NCBI GenBank assembly: GCA_965203295.1
Contig: CBDBCZ010000017.1
Coordinates: 64,001 to 128,000 of the forward strand
Reading direction: 5' to 3'
From: Nitrospirales bacterium
GTDB lineage: Bacteria > Nitrospirota > Nitrospiria > Nitrospirales > UBA8639
DNA: 64,000 nt
Shown here: in pieces, positions 1 through 42,800 of the stretch
How positions within the stretch are numbered: position 1 is the first letter of the stretch
Layout: each line of letters begins with the position of its first letter
Translations under genes and position numbers: made by a program
Notes under the pieces: generated by a model
Database searches by the model: none
Told to the model about the DNA's origin: nothing
The model's input: only the letters and a program-made list of their open reading frames with translations

Positions 1-1133
1 CCAGGAGTATGTTGCCATGGGGGATAGCCTGTAACTATGGAGACACTATAGTACGCAGTTTGGTGTAAGGCATGTGCATTATATTACAGCAATCACTGGA
101 TGCAATCGGGCAGTAATTTGTGTCAATACTAAAACTGTTTGAAGTATACGGTCAAACAGTAACAATTTGATGCTCACAGAGCTATATATAAAGTGTTAAG
201 CACACAAAAAAAAACACTACGGAGACGATATACATGAAGTGAGGCTAGTGTAGATGAGTTTTTATTACACAAACTAAAAGTCTAGCACAAGTGGCCATTC
301 TATTTTTCTTGATATGTATTTTTTGCCTAGTACCAGGCTGAAATACTCTATAATCTGAAACTTCATTCCCAACGGAATTCCAGTGTCCATTTCCCAGGTT
401 TTGTTTTGTGTAATGAAGCCTGTGAACTAGATATAATTCATGTATGACATCATGCACGTGAGATGCATCTATGTGTATAGCTATGTCATCATTATTCATG
501 ATAGTTGTAGTAAGCACAGCTTTCATGAATAACCTGCCGTATGAGTTTGTGATATATGCAGTTTTGGGTGTGCTATGAATGAAACTCATAGTATCATGGC
601 AAGTTTCCACGTGTACCCAAGTTATCATAGTGGTTATGTGAAACTATTATTGGCACAATGTGTCAACGTGCACACTTATAATATTCTTGACCATGAATTA
701 ATTGGCAAGGGTATGAACATATTGCACTGCAAAGAGAACAGTACATCTGACAGTGTCATTGCATGTATTACTTGACCTGCTTTCAAGGTTTGCCCACCCA
801 GAATATATAATAGTATAGCAGCAATACAGTTTAATATTACACCAATACTCTGATCTATAACTGTTATATCAGGGTATTGTTGCTTTAATATTATACATGC
901 AAAGACACTGTCAGATGTAATATGTGAATAACGCTTTCAAGTAAAAGTCCATAAGAGTTCTGAAAACAGATTATTTACGTAGTTTCCCTTGGTGAAACAA
1001 TGGGGGAGCCTGAAAGAGGTGAACTAAATGAAATAACGATTCATTTTTTTACTTGTTATTTCATCATATGTCCTCGGCCTCAAGGTTTATGTCATCACAG
1101 CAATGGTTTCACTGTTGTCTGTCATCTGTGCAG

Positions 1134-19748
<18,615 letters not shown>

Positions 19749-19884
19749 TTCCAAGCAGTGCATGGGTACATATTATACAGGTCTTTCATTGATGTCAGCA
19801 TTGTAAAATACTATTATTACTAATTAACTCACACAAGTCATTAATGTATGCAATAACAGTGAAGCTGGGACAGCTGTGTATTAG

Positions 19885-19973
19885 CTAGCCTCGAACCCAG
19901 GCCTTACACGCCCAGATTTTATCTCCAAGGCTGCGAGATAAAATCTGGGCGTGTAAGGCCTGGGTTCAAGGCT
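19885..19973. mobile_element. Short hairpin element family with TAG(C/T)CTCG...CGAG(G/A)CTA ends (also ~13138-13222, 13469-13532, 43888-43933, 46311-46401, 55548-55600)
   Basis: 45-90-bp near-perfect hairpins that share terminal motifs but differ internally. Confidence 0.65.
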
Positions 19974-20352
19974 ATGTATTAGCTATCGAGACGGACAAAA
20001 GTAGCTTGAAGGAAAGTTACAGGGCTGTATACAGTGTGGTAAGTCATAAGTGTGTAAGTCTGGTAAGTGGTAAGAGTGTTAAGTAGTAAGTGGTAAGCGG
20101 TAATTGGGTAAGTGTGGTATATAAATTTAATGGTGAGTGTAGAAGTGGTAAGTGTGGAAGAGATCCAGCAATGACTGACAGAGAGAGGGACTTAACTCTG
20201 ACCGGAAATGATCTTGCTATGACTGACAGAGGGATCGGAGGCTAACAATTAAACTCACAGATACAACTTAGCTTCGCTCCGTAAATTACAACTCATCAAT
20301 GTTAATTTCTCTTTCACTTGTTTGTACATTTAGAGCGCCTGTCAAAGGATCC

Positions 20353-20576
20353 GCACAGTAAAAAAAGTGGAATATCCTGAAATGTGTTACAAGGAAATTT
20401 AACAGGATATCTGGCATTCACGTATAGGGTAGTATATGATAGGGCAGAATTTCACGATTTTAAAAGAAATTCTGCCCTATCCTATACTACCCTGTACCGG
20501 AAATGCCAGATTTTCTGTCAAATTTCCTTGTAATACATTAATTAATTTTCAGAAAATCACACTCTTCTTCCTGTGC
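20353..20576. mobile_element. Palindromic MITE family (other copies ~24718-24905, ~54675-54853, ~54922-55105)
   Basis: Four related fold-back copies: AAAAAAGTGGAA...TTACAAGGAAATTTGACAGG...CCTGTCAAATTTCCTTGTAA...TTCCACTTTTTT. Confidence 0.7.
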
Positions 20577-20913
20577 TGTCCATGGCTACAGCACGAGTTA
20601 ACCAGAAGATAGCTTTAATTGCACCCAGGTACGAGACTATCTGCGTATGCTTGTAAACTACTATAAACAATAAAAGGCAATAATTATGTATTATCAATAA
20701 ACATTACAATAATGTCAAGTAAACAGCAAAACTGGTACCACAGGCCTGATATATAAGCTGCAGCAATTACCTGATGCAACAATAATTTTGATGCTTTAAA
20801 AACAATGACACCAAATACAATCGGGGGGGGGGATATGATACAGTCAGACACTAAAAGAACAGTTTGCCACTCAAGGCACACAATGTCATGGTGCTGTAAC
20901 CAGACACCGACAT

Positions 20914-32636
<11,723 letters not shown>

Positions 32637-32729
32637 TTTCAAACGCTCTGACTTAGAAAGCTGGCAGGAAATACATACATCGTACATTAATAAAATAACA
32701 TATGCAATACATTAATATGCAATACATTA

Positions 32730-32824
32730 AAGAGCATCTGACTAGTATTCGGAAGGTTCTGGGTTTAATCCCCAGCTGGGTCCCGTTTCTTTCGGGATTT
32801 CTTTACTCTCTCAGAAAGCTATCA
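32730..32824 (+). mobile_element. 5'-truncated second copy of the same tRNA-derived SINE
   Basis: Near-identical to 32291-32386, including the tail tttctttcgggatttctttactctctcagaaagctatca. Confidence 0.7.
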
Positions 32825-33802
32825 GCAAAGACTATGAATTAGCAAAACATACCTACATACATATAGAGTACTGGGCCAGTCTTGTTCCCAGCCCACAATC
32901 AAAGGTTAAATGTCGCTTAATGTAAGCATAGATAATACTATGATGTAAGCGATCTTTAGCTGACATTTCGGCATACTTACCAGTCTCGTTCCCAGCCCAC
33001 AAATCAAGGCTTAGGATCCCACCAAATACAGTAAGCGATTCTCAGCCTTGATTATGGACTGACAAAGAGACTTGGCTTTACCAGTTGTGATACGGCATCA
33101 GGCTACAGGCTAAAACTGCTTGCAGCCACACAGAATTTTCGCGTTAAAAAAGGGCAGTTTAGTGCATATATATATGCCAGAGAAATACATACATCACTTT
33201 ACAAAGACCTTTTGCGAGGAAATAGTAACCGCTAACCTTGTTACAGGTACAGTTTAGCCAACTTACAAGAGAGGAGAAACGTCCTGGAGAGCAGACAGTG
33301 ATCGATTGGGGGTGGAGCGATCATGTGATCGCAAGGTCAACATACGTCACTCCGTCTACCCCGCCCACTCTAGGTACCGGAAGCCGTACCAGAGATACTG
33401 TACGTCACGTTATGGACTTCCGTTCCACTGCAAGGACACACTGTCTGACATAATCTATTCACACAGCACAACTCAGTATAATCATGACTCACAAAGGATT
33501 CTGCGGTAGCTATACAGACAGCTGCAACAGATCTTTTTAATAATACCATGCCAACTCTCCAATGCATACATGTACAATTCTTTATACTTATCCTCAAAAT
33601 TACATACAACTACAGAAACAAAAAAATACCTATTAGCAGTAGCTAACTAAGAGACTAGGAGCACTCAAACTAAAACAAACACTATCTAGCTAACACATAG
33701 CTACGTACACAGTAATGAACTATAGCCGCATACTCTCGGTATGATAGTTATATATATAGACATGCAAACTCATGTCTCTAATGGCAGGCCATAGTTGCAT
33801 AA

Positions 33803-36800
33803 TTAGTTAAAGACAGTTTGTCTCTTCAGTGCATCTTGCAGCACTCCCATCTCATAGTAGATGTCCCTTGCATACTCTTCTACTGCTCTACAGCTGTCCA
33901 GCACCTCAATGGATTGGGTGTAGGGGTCGTATTTCAGGCCAAAAGAGCGAGGAATACTCTTGGTAAACTCTCTGGAAATAAGGCAATATAATAGCAAATA
34001 GCTAGACCATACGTGTGGTAAACTCTCGGACTGGAAGTAAGGCAATACTATGAATGCTAATCAACATTTCAGTAGCTAGATTGTATGTGTGGTAAACTCT
34101 CTGGAAATAAGGTAATATTACAATGGCTAATCAACATCAGTAGCTAGATCTATACGTACGTCTAGCTATTTCAATAATTGCTAAAGCTAGCTAGCTTCAG
34201 CAAATTATGCTAACTCATTATTAAAATAGCTAAACGTCCCTATTGGTAGTAGCTAATTAAGCTTCTTAGGGTTTATAAAGCAATGCAAAACACTGTTCAT
34301 AGGCTCACTGACTACTCAGCTTGTTTTCTTTAGGAAAAAAAACACACTACATGTAGCTAGTTCGAAAAAGCTGGGGTGTGGAGCCTAGAAATGAGGATAG
34401 CTACACTTAGCTACTCTTACGTACATCATTCTATCCCTCATGTCAGTGAGACTCTGGGCTACGAAGAAGACAGGCTGTATGTCAACGTCAGGGTACGACT
34501 GAACCAGAGCCTGAGAGATGTCGAATTCTTTGCGCTCGACTTCATCTGAGAGACAGCGCTATACATGATGGAAAAGACAGGGGGGGCTGCAAGTAAAAAA
34601 ATCCTGGGACAGCTGGGTATACGAGAATAGTAGCAGTAATAAACTGATAGTCGACTATACATAGCTTATTTACAGCTGTATCATCGGAAGTATGCAATGT
34701 AGGTACTATCCATGTTGAACCGGGTTCTCTTTCTATCAACCCTACTCCATAGTCCTGTCGAATAATATATGTGCTGGTCGGAAATCAGCAACATACTTAG
34801 CTCAGAGAATAATATAATTTATATCTAGCTAAAATTTGCTTATGATACTATACAATGTGAAGTTTTGAACAAAACAATGGGCGACTTACGACTAATTCAC
34901 GATTGCTTGAGAGTAAACTTGCACCATAAACTTTGGGTTTTCCATCCTCTTGACAAAGGCCAAACTCCACTGTGAACCAGTACAACTGTATCAATATACC
35001 ACACATGTGGAAAGAATAATGGATTACAAACTGCACTAGCTATACATGAAGCAACATTAATCAAGGATTTATTGGGCATTATAATCATCTTTTATAATTA
35101 CCAAGTTAAACTTACTGCAGCCAACTTGTCAATCCACTCATCAGACAAACCCAAGGAGGCAAGGCCAATTTGCTGTGCAGGGTAAAAGTTACAAACTGTG
35201 AACTCAGCAGACCACATATTATTAATTATGTACAAACTTCCACACTTGAATATTAAGTTGAACAAACATGACATGCCAGATCTTCTGTTACTGTGCTCAC
35301 TTTCTGATTCCTTCACCTCAGCCACTACTCACATACTTTATTCCTAAATATTTATTATGTAGGTGTATATATAACAGTTCTCGGCAAGCTACATATGCAA
35401 AACTTCAACATATGAGTCACTGCATCTATGGGTCTATTTGTCAGTACAATAATCATAAGTCCAGCCTTACTTATACCCAGGCATTCCAACACAGATACCA
35501 ACCTCATGATTTTATAAGCTCACTGTATATACAGTCAACTCTCCAAATAGCAGACACTTTGGTATGACAGGTACGTACAACAGTATTGAATTAGTCATGT
35601 GAGACGTATATAACAGTAAAAAAGGAACTATCACATTGACAAGGGGTTTGCTGTCTGAGTTGCAGAGGGAGTTCAAGAATGAAAACACAGCTGTGATGTG
35701 TCAGTAATGGTAATGTGTTTGCACGTTCTCGACTAAATGCGGAAAACAATCTATAATCAGTATCCATGCATGTAATGTGTTTACAGATTGGAAGCTTAAA
35801 CAAAAACTCTCTAGTTAATATTTGACGTGTGCATATACTGTACTTACCTGGGAGAATTGTGCTAGTGTGGGATCACAAAACATTGGGACATGGCCCATCA
35901 CCTCGTGGCAAATGTCACTACGGGAAAATAGTGCAAAGTACATATTAGCTGAGTACACATGTTCAGTAAGACATGTATAATTTTATTTGAAAATGAAAAC
36001 ACAGACTCTGAGGCCAACAAAAATACAGTGTCCAAAGAGTACGTAATACGTACATAGTCCTGTTCAGTGAGACTATTTTATTTGAAAATGCAAACTCAGA
36101 CTCTGAGGCCAATTATTTAACAACTATACTACTGAATGCCTTAAAGTGTCCAGAAAGTACATATTATGTCCATTGTTGCTTTCACTAAGACAATTTTATT
36201 CAGAAATACAAACACAGACCCTGAGGCAAACGACGATACTACTGAATGCCAATTGGTTTGAACTCTTTGAACGCCATGGGCACATTTATGTGCCCATATA
36301 AAATAGAAAAAACATGTACTTTATATTAACGCCTAATATAAAAAGGCCAATATAAATTCACATAAGCCTTATGGGTCTATTAAAACTTGGCTGGGAAAGA
36401 GTTAAAGTGTCTATCCCCTGATGATCAGAATTCCTCAGTGCCGAGGTCAGATTTGAGAGTCCACCTATACTGTAATGTCTATGGTTGTAATCGGTGTTGT
36501 TTTAATATGGGCTCACATAATATAGTTTAGTAAAAAATAGTAAAAAGAACAAAACTTTAGTTTCAGTTCTAGTTGGCCAATTTAAATGAATGAACGGGTT
36601 AATAAAACACTTTTTAGTATTAGTTTAACCATCAACTAAATGGGCTGTAGATTATTCCCAACCTTGAAGGTCTAGTTTTAGTTAGTTAACTAAATCTGTT
36701 TCTGCCCCTACGAAAACACTATTTTTGTTAATGAAACACTACTTTGTTAACTAAAACAACTCTAACGAAGGGCTGACTCACGGTTCAGGGGTGAAGAAAG

Positions 36801-39800
36801 GGCTAGAAGAATGCCTGATATATTGAGACGTGGGAAACACACGAAAAGCCAAACACGCTAGAAAATCTCTAGGAGAAATCCATCCCACCACTGGCCACAG
36901 CTGCCAGCCTGTGCGACTCCGCAAGTATCTTGAGATGTCCTCCAACTGGGGAATATTGTCCTCCCTGTAAAAATGCCAAACATAATATTATGTTCACATT
37001 TAAACAATAGACTACTTCTGAATATAGTTACAGGATAAGCGGTGTTAAAAATGGAATGAAAATATCCTCTGTGCATTGCAAAGGAGCATTGTGCATAGTC
37101 ATAAACTTTGTGTGCAGAGGGGCATACACCCAGGTGCATGCATAGATGCAACATAATATAATTATTGCTGTGTAATACGCAATGCTCACTTGTAGTTGCA
37201 TGCCTCAAAGAGTTTGGGGAACTGTTCCCTGTACTCTTTGCATGCTTTGGTTGGGTAGAGTGCTGTCTGGGCCCTGAAAACCACTCCCCTGCAAAAAACA
37301 ATCAATCATTCGTAGATATACTATCTCTCGCTTGAGTAATAATTCATACTGAGACCCTGTTTTGAATTTCTATGTATCCTTTAGATTCAGCCAAGCTAGA
37401 TCTCAAACTGATATGGTGATTGGTGGAGGTGTGTGGCAAAATTTGCTACACCATAGTTTATAGCTATGCCAGGGAAACAGAATTCAAACTTCGGCTAAAA
37501 GAAATTAATTATTCTACAAACATAGCTAATCTATTGTAATGAATAATCCCAGTATACCAGGTATTTTAGGCCAGCGTGAACTACTAACCACGTTTTTATT
37601 TCGTCTTCGGTGTACTGCACTCTTGGAATGGGATTTCCACTGTAGTGATCGAAAGAGTAAACCATTGTTGATGTGGCGTACGTAGCTACGTGCATTATGT
37701 CTATATATATATACATCTCCACACATATAGGAACGGCCTTAATTCTTAGCAAAATCATAATATTGTTGAACCACTATTGCAGTGGAACCTGTGATAATAG
37801 ACTCACTTATACCAGGAGCGTATCGAGCCGGTGAAGGCTCAATGCACTCCTGCAGGTATCTACATTACTTAATTTACAAAAGTCCATGTGGTCCCAAATA
37901 ATAAGTTCCATGCATGCCTAGCGCTACTTGATTCACAAGTTGTGGTATAGAACACAGGGTGAAAGCTTGCATGGGAGAGATGATAGAGTATGTATTGCGT
38001 ACTATTTATGGTTGTAAGCCAGATCTGCAATGAACTTCCTTCTCTCTTCGTACACTTTGTCACCATAACCCTGGGAAAGGGATTATATCTATGTTAAAAA
38101 TCAGATTCTGTCCTCAAACCGTACACACAAAGCTAGTATAATCTCACGCCTAGTTTTGTACGAATAGAGCCTGATACATATATAGTACGTTTGGACATGC
38201 TCAGGAATTTAGAGACTAGCTATATATATATAGCAGATACTACATTAATGTATGTGCTGTAATTTTGTTCATCAGTTAAACACTTTCATCCTGTTCGGTT
38301 CTAGAGTGTAAGATCTGGGATTAAAACAAACGTAAATTTTGAATTTGTGACCTTCTCAGGGAAAGCTGACTATCTGTAGCAGCCACACGATTATACCACC
38401 TTGAGGTTGATCGCTGTTAAATTTAGATAGGTATCCAAAGACAACTACAGGTAGTTTTACAACATAGCAAAGGCCAATTAGGCAAACAGATGCACATGCA
38501 CAAGCTGACATTATTTATACCATCTGAGGTTAGCCAGCTGTCAAATTTAGATAGGTATTCATAGGTAACCACAGGTAGTTTTACAAAACATAACAAAGGC
38601 CAATTAGGCAAACAGATGCACATGCACAAGCATTATTTATTACTCGTAGCGGAGCGGCCGAAGGCCGCGGAGCGGAGAGTACTATTTTGGGTTTGTAATG
38701 TAATGTAATGTAATGTAATGTAATGTCACAATAGGTCACGTAGTGGTTACTAGTTTGGGTATAAAGTACTCTCTTATGGCAGCTCTTTGGAGACGGTGTA
38801 GTTGGTTGCAACGGGTAGTTTCTTGGCTGGAGAACTGGTAGTTGCAGGTTCGAATCTGGGTAAGGATGTTTTTTTTTGTTTCTTGTTTTCTGTTGTGTTT
38901 TGTTGCTATGATCTGTTCTATTGCATATTTTGCAGTATGTAATAATAGTTAGTACATTCTGGAGTATTTCACAGCATAAGGAGTGATGACTTGGTTGTGA
39001 GATAATCAGCCATGCCTTTGGGAATAGTGGGTACTTATTGGGCTCTACTGACCACCTCAGGTAAAATTGTAGACCTATGTTAGTGGTTAGGGGATAGATA
39101 GTAGTGTAGCTTACTTTTTTCAGACATGATTTTTTTCTGTTGTGTTTTGTTGTCATGATCTGTTGTATTGTGTATTTGGTAGTATGCATTGAATTAACGA
39201 GAAGAATGATAATGTCTACATATATTATGCTACAATGAACACGTGTCCACAGTCCACATACACCTGGCCCCTGTCGTATTCTAATTGTGACTGTATTAAA
39301 GAACGGCAGACTATAACCACTTTTGCCACTGTTACATACACACCTATATATTTTTTTCCAATTCCAATCTTACTGTCATTAACCCTGTAAATTGCAAGAT
39401 CGCCCAATTTGACTGCTCAGATAGACAACAAACAGACACAGCCAATCACTTCACCCGCCACATAGGCACAGTGTAAATGCTATCAATGGAACAGGCACAG
39501 AGGTGCCCTACCCCCCCCCCCCCCCCCCCCCCCCCCCCCAGTAAATACTTATATACACTAAGAGACCCTTCCTACTATACATCTATACCTATTAACACAC
39601 GGGCGCTCCGCTGCGAGTTTTTAGATCTCTCAGATCATTTTCAACCACCAAACAACCAACTAGGTACTAAATCTACACATACAGCTACCTTGACCACCAT
39701 GCATCCAACCCACCATCCCAACCTCCTCACTGAGTCATACCAACCAGGGATTAATCAGCACTCACTGCAATACCCCCCCCCCCCCCCATCCCACACACAC

Positions 39801-42800
39801 ACACAAACAGACATATTCAAACAGCAGGGGGGTGAGGGGGGGCGCAGCCCCCCCTCCTTTAAAAAAAAAAAATAATAATAAATTTATTAAAAAAATTTAA
39901 TAAAAAATATATAAAAATTACTAAAAAGTTACAAACAAGGATAACAGTCACACTTGACCACACACCAGATCGGCCGAAGGACCAGACTCCCCATTTCAGC
40001 ACATGCTCACACCCGAGCAACGCGAGGGTGTGAGTATACGTGCTGATATGGGGAGTCTGGTCCTTCGGCCGATCTGGTGTGTGGTCAAGTGTGACTGTTA
40101 TCCTTGTTTGTAACTTTTTAGTACCATCTGAGGTTAGCCAGCTGTCAAATTTAGATAGGTATCCATAGGCAACTACAGGTAGTTTTACAACATAACAAAG
40201 GCCAATTAGGCAAACAGATGCACATGCACAAGCATTATTTATACCATCTGAGGTTAGCCAGCTGTCAAATTTAGATAGGTATCCATAGGCAACTACAGGT
40301 AGTTTTACAACATAACAAAGGTCAATTAGGAAAACAGATGCACATGCACAAGCTGACATGTATTTATACTATCTGAGGTTAGCCAGCTGTCAAATTTAGA
40401 TAGGTATTCATAGGCAACCACAGGTAGTTTTACAACATAACAAAGGCCAACTAGAAGTCTCTAGCAGAGACATACCCCGCGGTGCATAATTCACAACTTG
40501 GAGCTGGCAGGACTGCAGACTGGGCTGATCGAGTAGTTGGCAGAGTGTACATGTATATCACTGGCTAGCTGTGTATCCGCACGCAGAGTGTACAGCGCTC
40601 GTGTACGCGTATTATATCTGTATATCCTATGGGAAGTGGTGGGCGTGACTGATTGCCAATATGAACACGTGACCAGAGTCCGTATATGCCCGGCCTCTAT
40701 CGTATTCTAGTTGTGACCGTATTAAAATGGCAGAATGCACCGTTGTTAAATAAGAAAGAGCTGTAGATACAGCGAATGGAACCGCTTTGGCGACTATCAG
40801 GTACACACCCGGCCATTTTTTTTTTATTTCAATGTTACTGTCGTGTTTAGCAATCGTTTAACCCTGTAAATCGCGAGATAGCCCGATTTTTGAGTGGACA
40901 GACAACAGATGGACAGACGGACGGACGGACGGACAGACAGACAGAACCAATCGCTTAACCCCGCCGCATACGCGCGGGGTAATTAGGCAAACAAATGCAC
41001 ATGCACAAGCCAACATGCATTTGTTTATAGTAACAACACTGGCACAGACAAGACATGCTGTTTTCTAGTACAAGCCATATAAGCACAATGTTTTCTTATA
41101 CAGGCTGTAGTATATACAGGACTTTCCATAATGATTCCGTCAAGCTCTGACATTCAAAGTTCCTGTGTTGAATAGCTTGGGTCTAGAGTAGGGTAATGTA
41201 AGTTGTCGCACCATCAGATCTTGTAGAAGATTGGTCCTGATTGCAATTGGAGAAATTAACAGACATACACACCACCCAGCAATTACGCTTGTATACCATA
41301 GTTGTAGTGTGACAGATTAGGATCTTTGATGTGTTTAGTTTGCTAATAGACGGAATGGACACCCCCTTTTATACCTGTGTGTGTGTTAATAGGTGCTAGT
41401 GTTAGGTATTTTGTTTGTCTCTGTTGTAGTAGGTGTGATTTCCGTTGCTAGGTCCTTTTGTATTTAAGTGTGTGGTATTGTACAGTGTTTGTCTTCAGTC
41501 CTCCATCAGTATCTGGTTTTGGTGTTGAAAGTAGAGAGCGCGGTCCGCTACATGTAGGCACCGCTATAGTGTTCATGTATTAGGTGGTGAGGGCATACAC
41601 GTATACTTGAGGGTTGCTGGGCAACTGTGGTCTGTGAAACAATTAGTAGGTACTATATGTATTAGTTAATTTAAACGGTCACTTTGGGTGAGGGGAGATT
41701 AAAGTCCAAGGTGAAGCTGAGTATTACATACGACTGTGTGAGAGTACAAATCCCATACACCTTGGAACGTATGGTGCAAATATAACAACTAGTACAACAG
41801 CCCCAGATGGTTGGCTTTTGCCGACTCAGATGGTCACAATTGTGACAGTTTAAATAAGCTACAACTCACTGCATGATCAGAAGTCAGCTCATGGCCAAAC
41901 TTGTGCAGGTTGGTGCAGCATTTGTAAAGCTCAGCAATGGTTCTAGGAAACCAGGGTACCTCTGACTCTTTCTTTCCATCTTTGGAACTTAGGCTTTCAG
42001 GTCCACTTATGGGGCTGGAAGGAATTGTAACGCCACTAGAAATTTCCTTCAGCTGCGTGATGAGTTGATCTAATGTCTGTTGTTGCTGCTCTGAAGAGAC
42101 TTGCGGAAAACCACAGTCCAGGAAATAATCACGCTTTGCAGCTGGATCACTCCGAGATTGACGAGACTCAATGTGCTTCAGAGAGACGCCTAGTTCCTAT
42201 ATAGTGATAATAGTTCAAAAAATTAATGGTAACTAGCCAAATTCTATATTAATATATAATTCATGACTGTAACAGAGATTTCCTAGGAAGCCTTGTAGGA
42301 GAGGGAGGAGCCCTTTAGTCTAGAAATGCATCTACAGACCTCCATGAAATAGCTAGTAAATAGGGGCAGTTATTCATTGACAAATCAGGCCCTGCAACCA
42401 AAATTCAAATCAAGCTCGTTAAGGTGTTAGAAACAACAAATTCAAATCAAGCTACCAGACCGTTAAAGCAAGGGGGAGGAGTGACAGTCTGGGCATGCAA
42501 GATCCTAATGTAGCATGCAAGATCCTCTTACAAATGAAGACTAATCAGTGCAACTGTTTAACAGCTGTTACAATGCAGGTTACCTAGTCAACGAGGATGT
42601 GAATAAGTATAGTTGGCATGTACTGTGTACATTGCAGTTCCCTTTGAACAGCAGCTGCACACTGTTTAATTGGAGTTCTGTTATGATAATACACATAACA
42701 TGCGAGATCATTTTACAAACCACTGATCATTGCAAACCTCAGTAACAGCAGTTACCAGGCAACCTAATGTTACTGAATGAATGACTAAGTACAGATGGCA

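Larger units (their letters stand above)
38392..41018. repeat. ~120-bp tandem repeat in copy A intron 2, interrupted by two insertions
   Basis: Unit TACCATCTGAGGTTAGCCAGCTGTCAAATTTAGATAGGTAT...GGCCAATTAGGCAAACAGATGCACATGCACAAG recurs about 5 times. Confidence 0.8.

Noticed and set aside
245..1050. Short ORFs at the left edge
   Set aside because: AT-rich intronic sequence with an inverted repeat (~741-767 and ~894-919) and no recognisable protein.
41670..41790. PYVPR-like reading as the PWFP exon of copy A
   Set aside because: It hits a stop and matches poorly. The real exon is 41870-42196.
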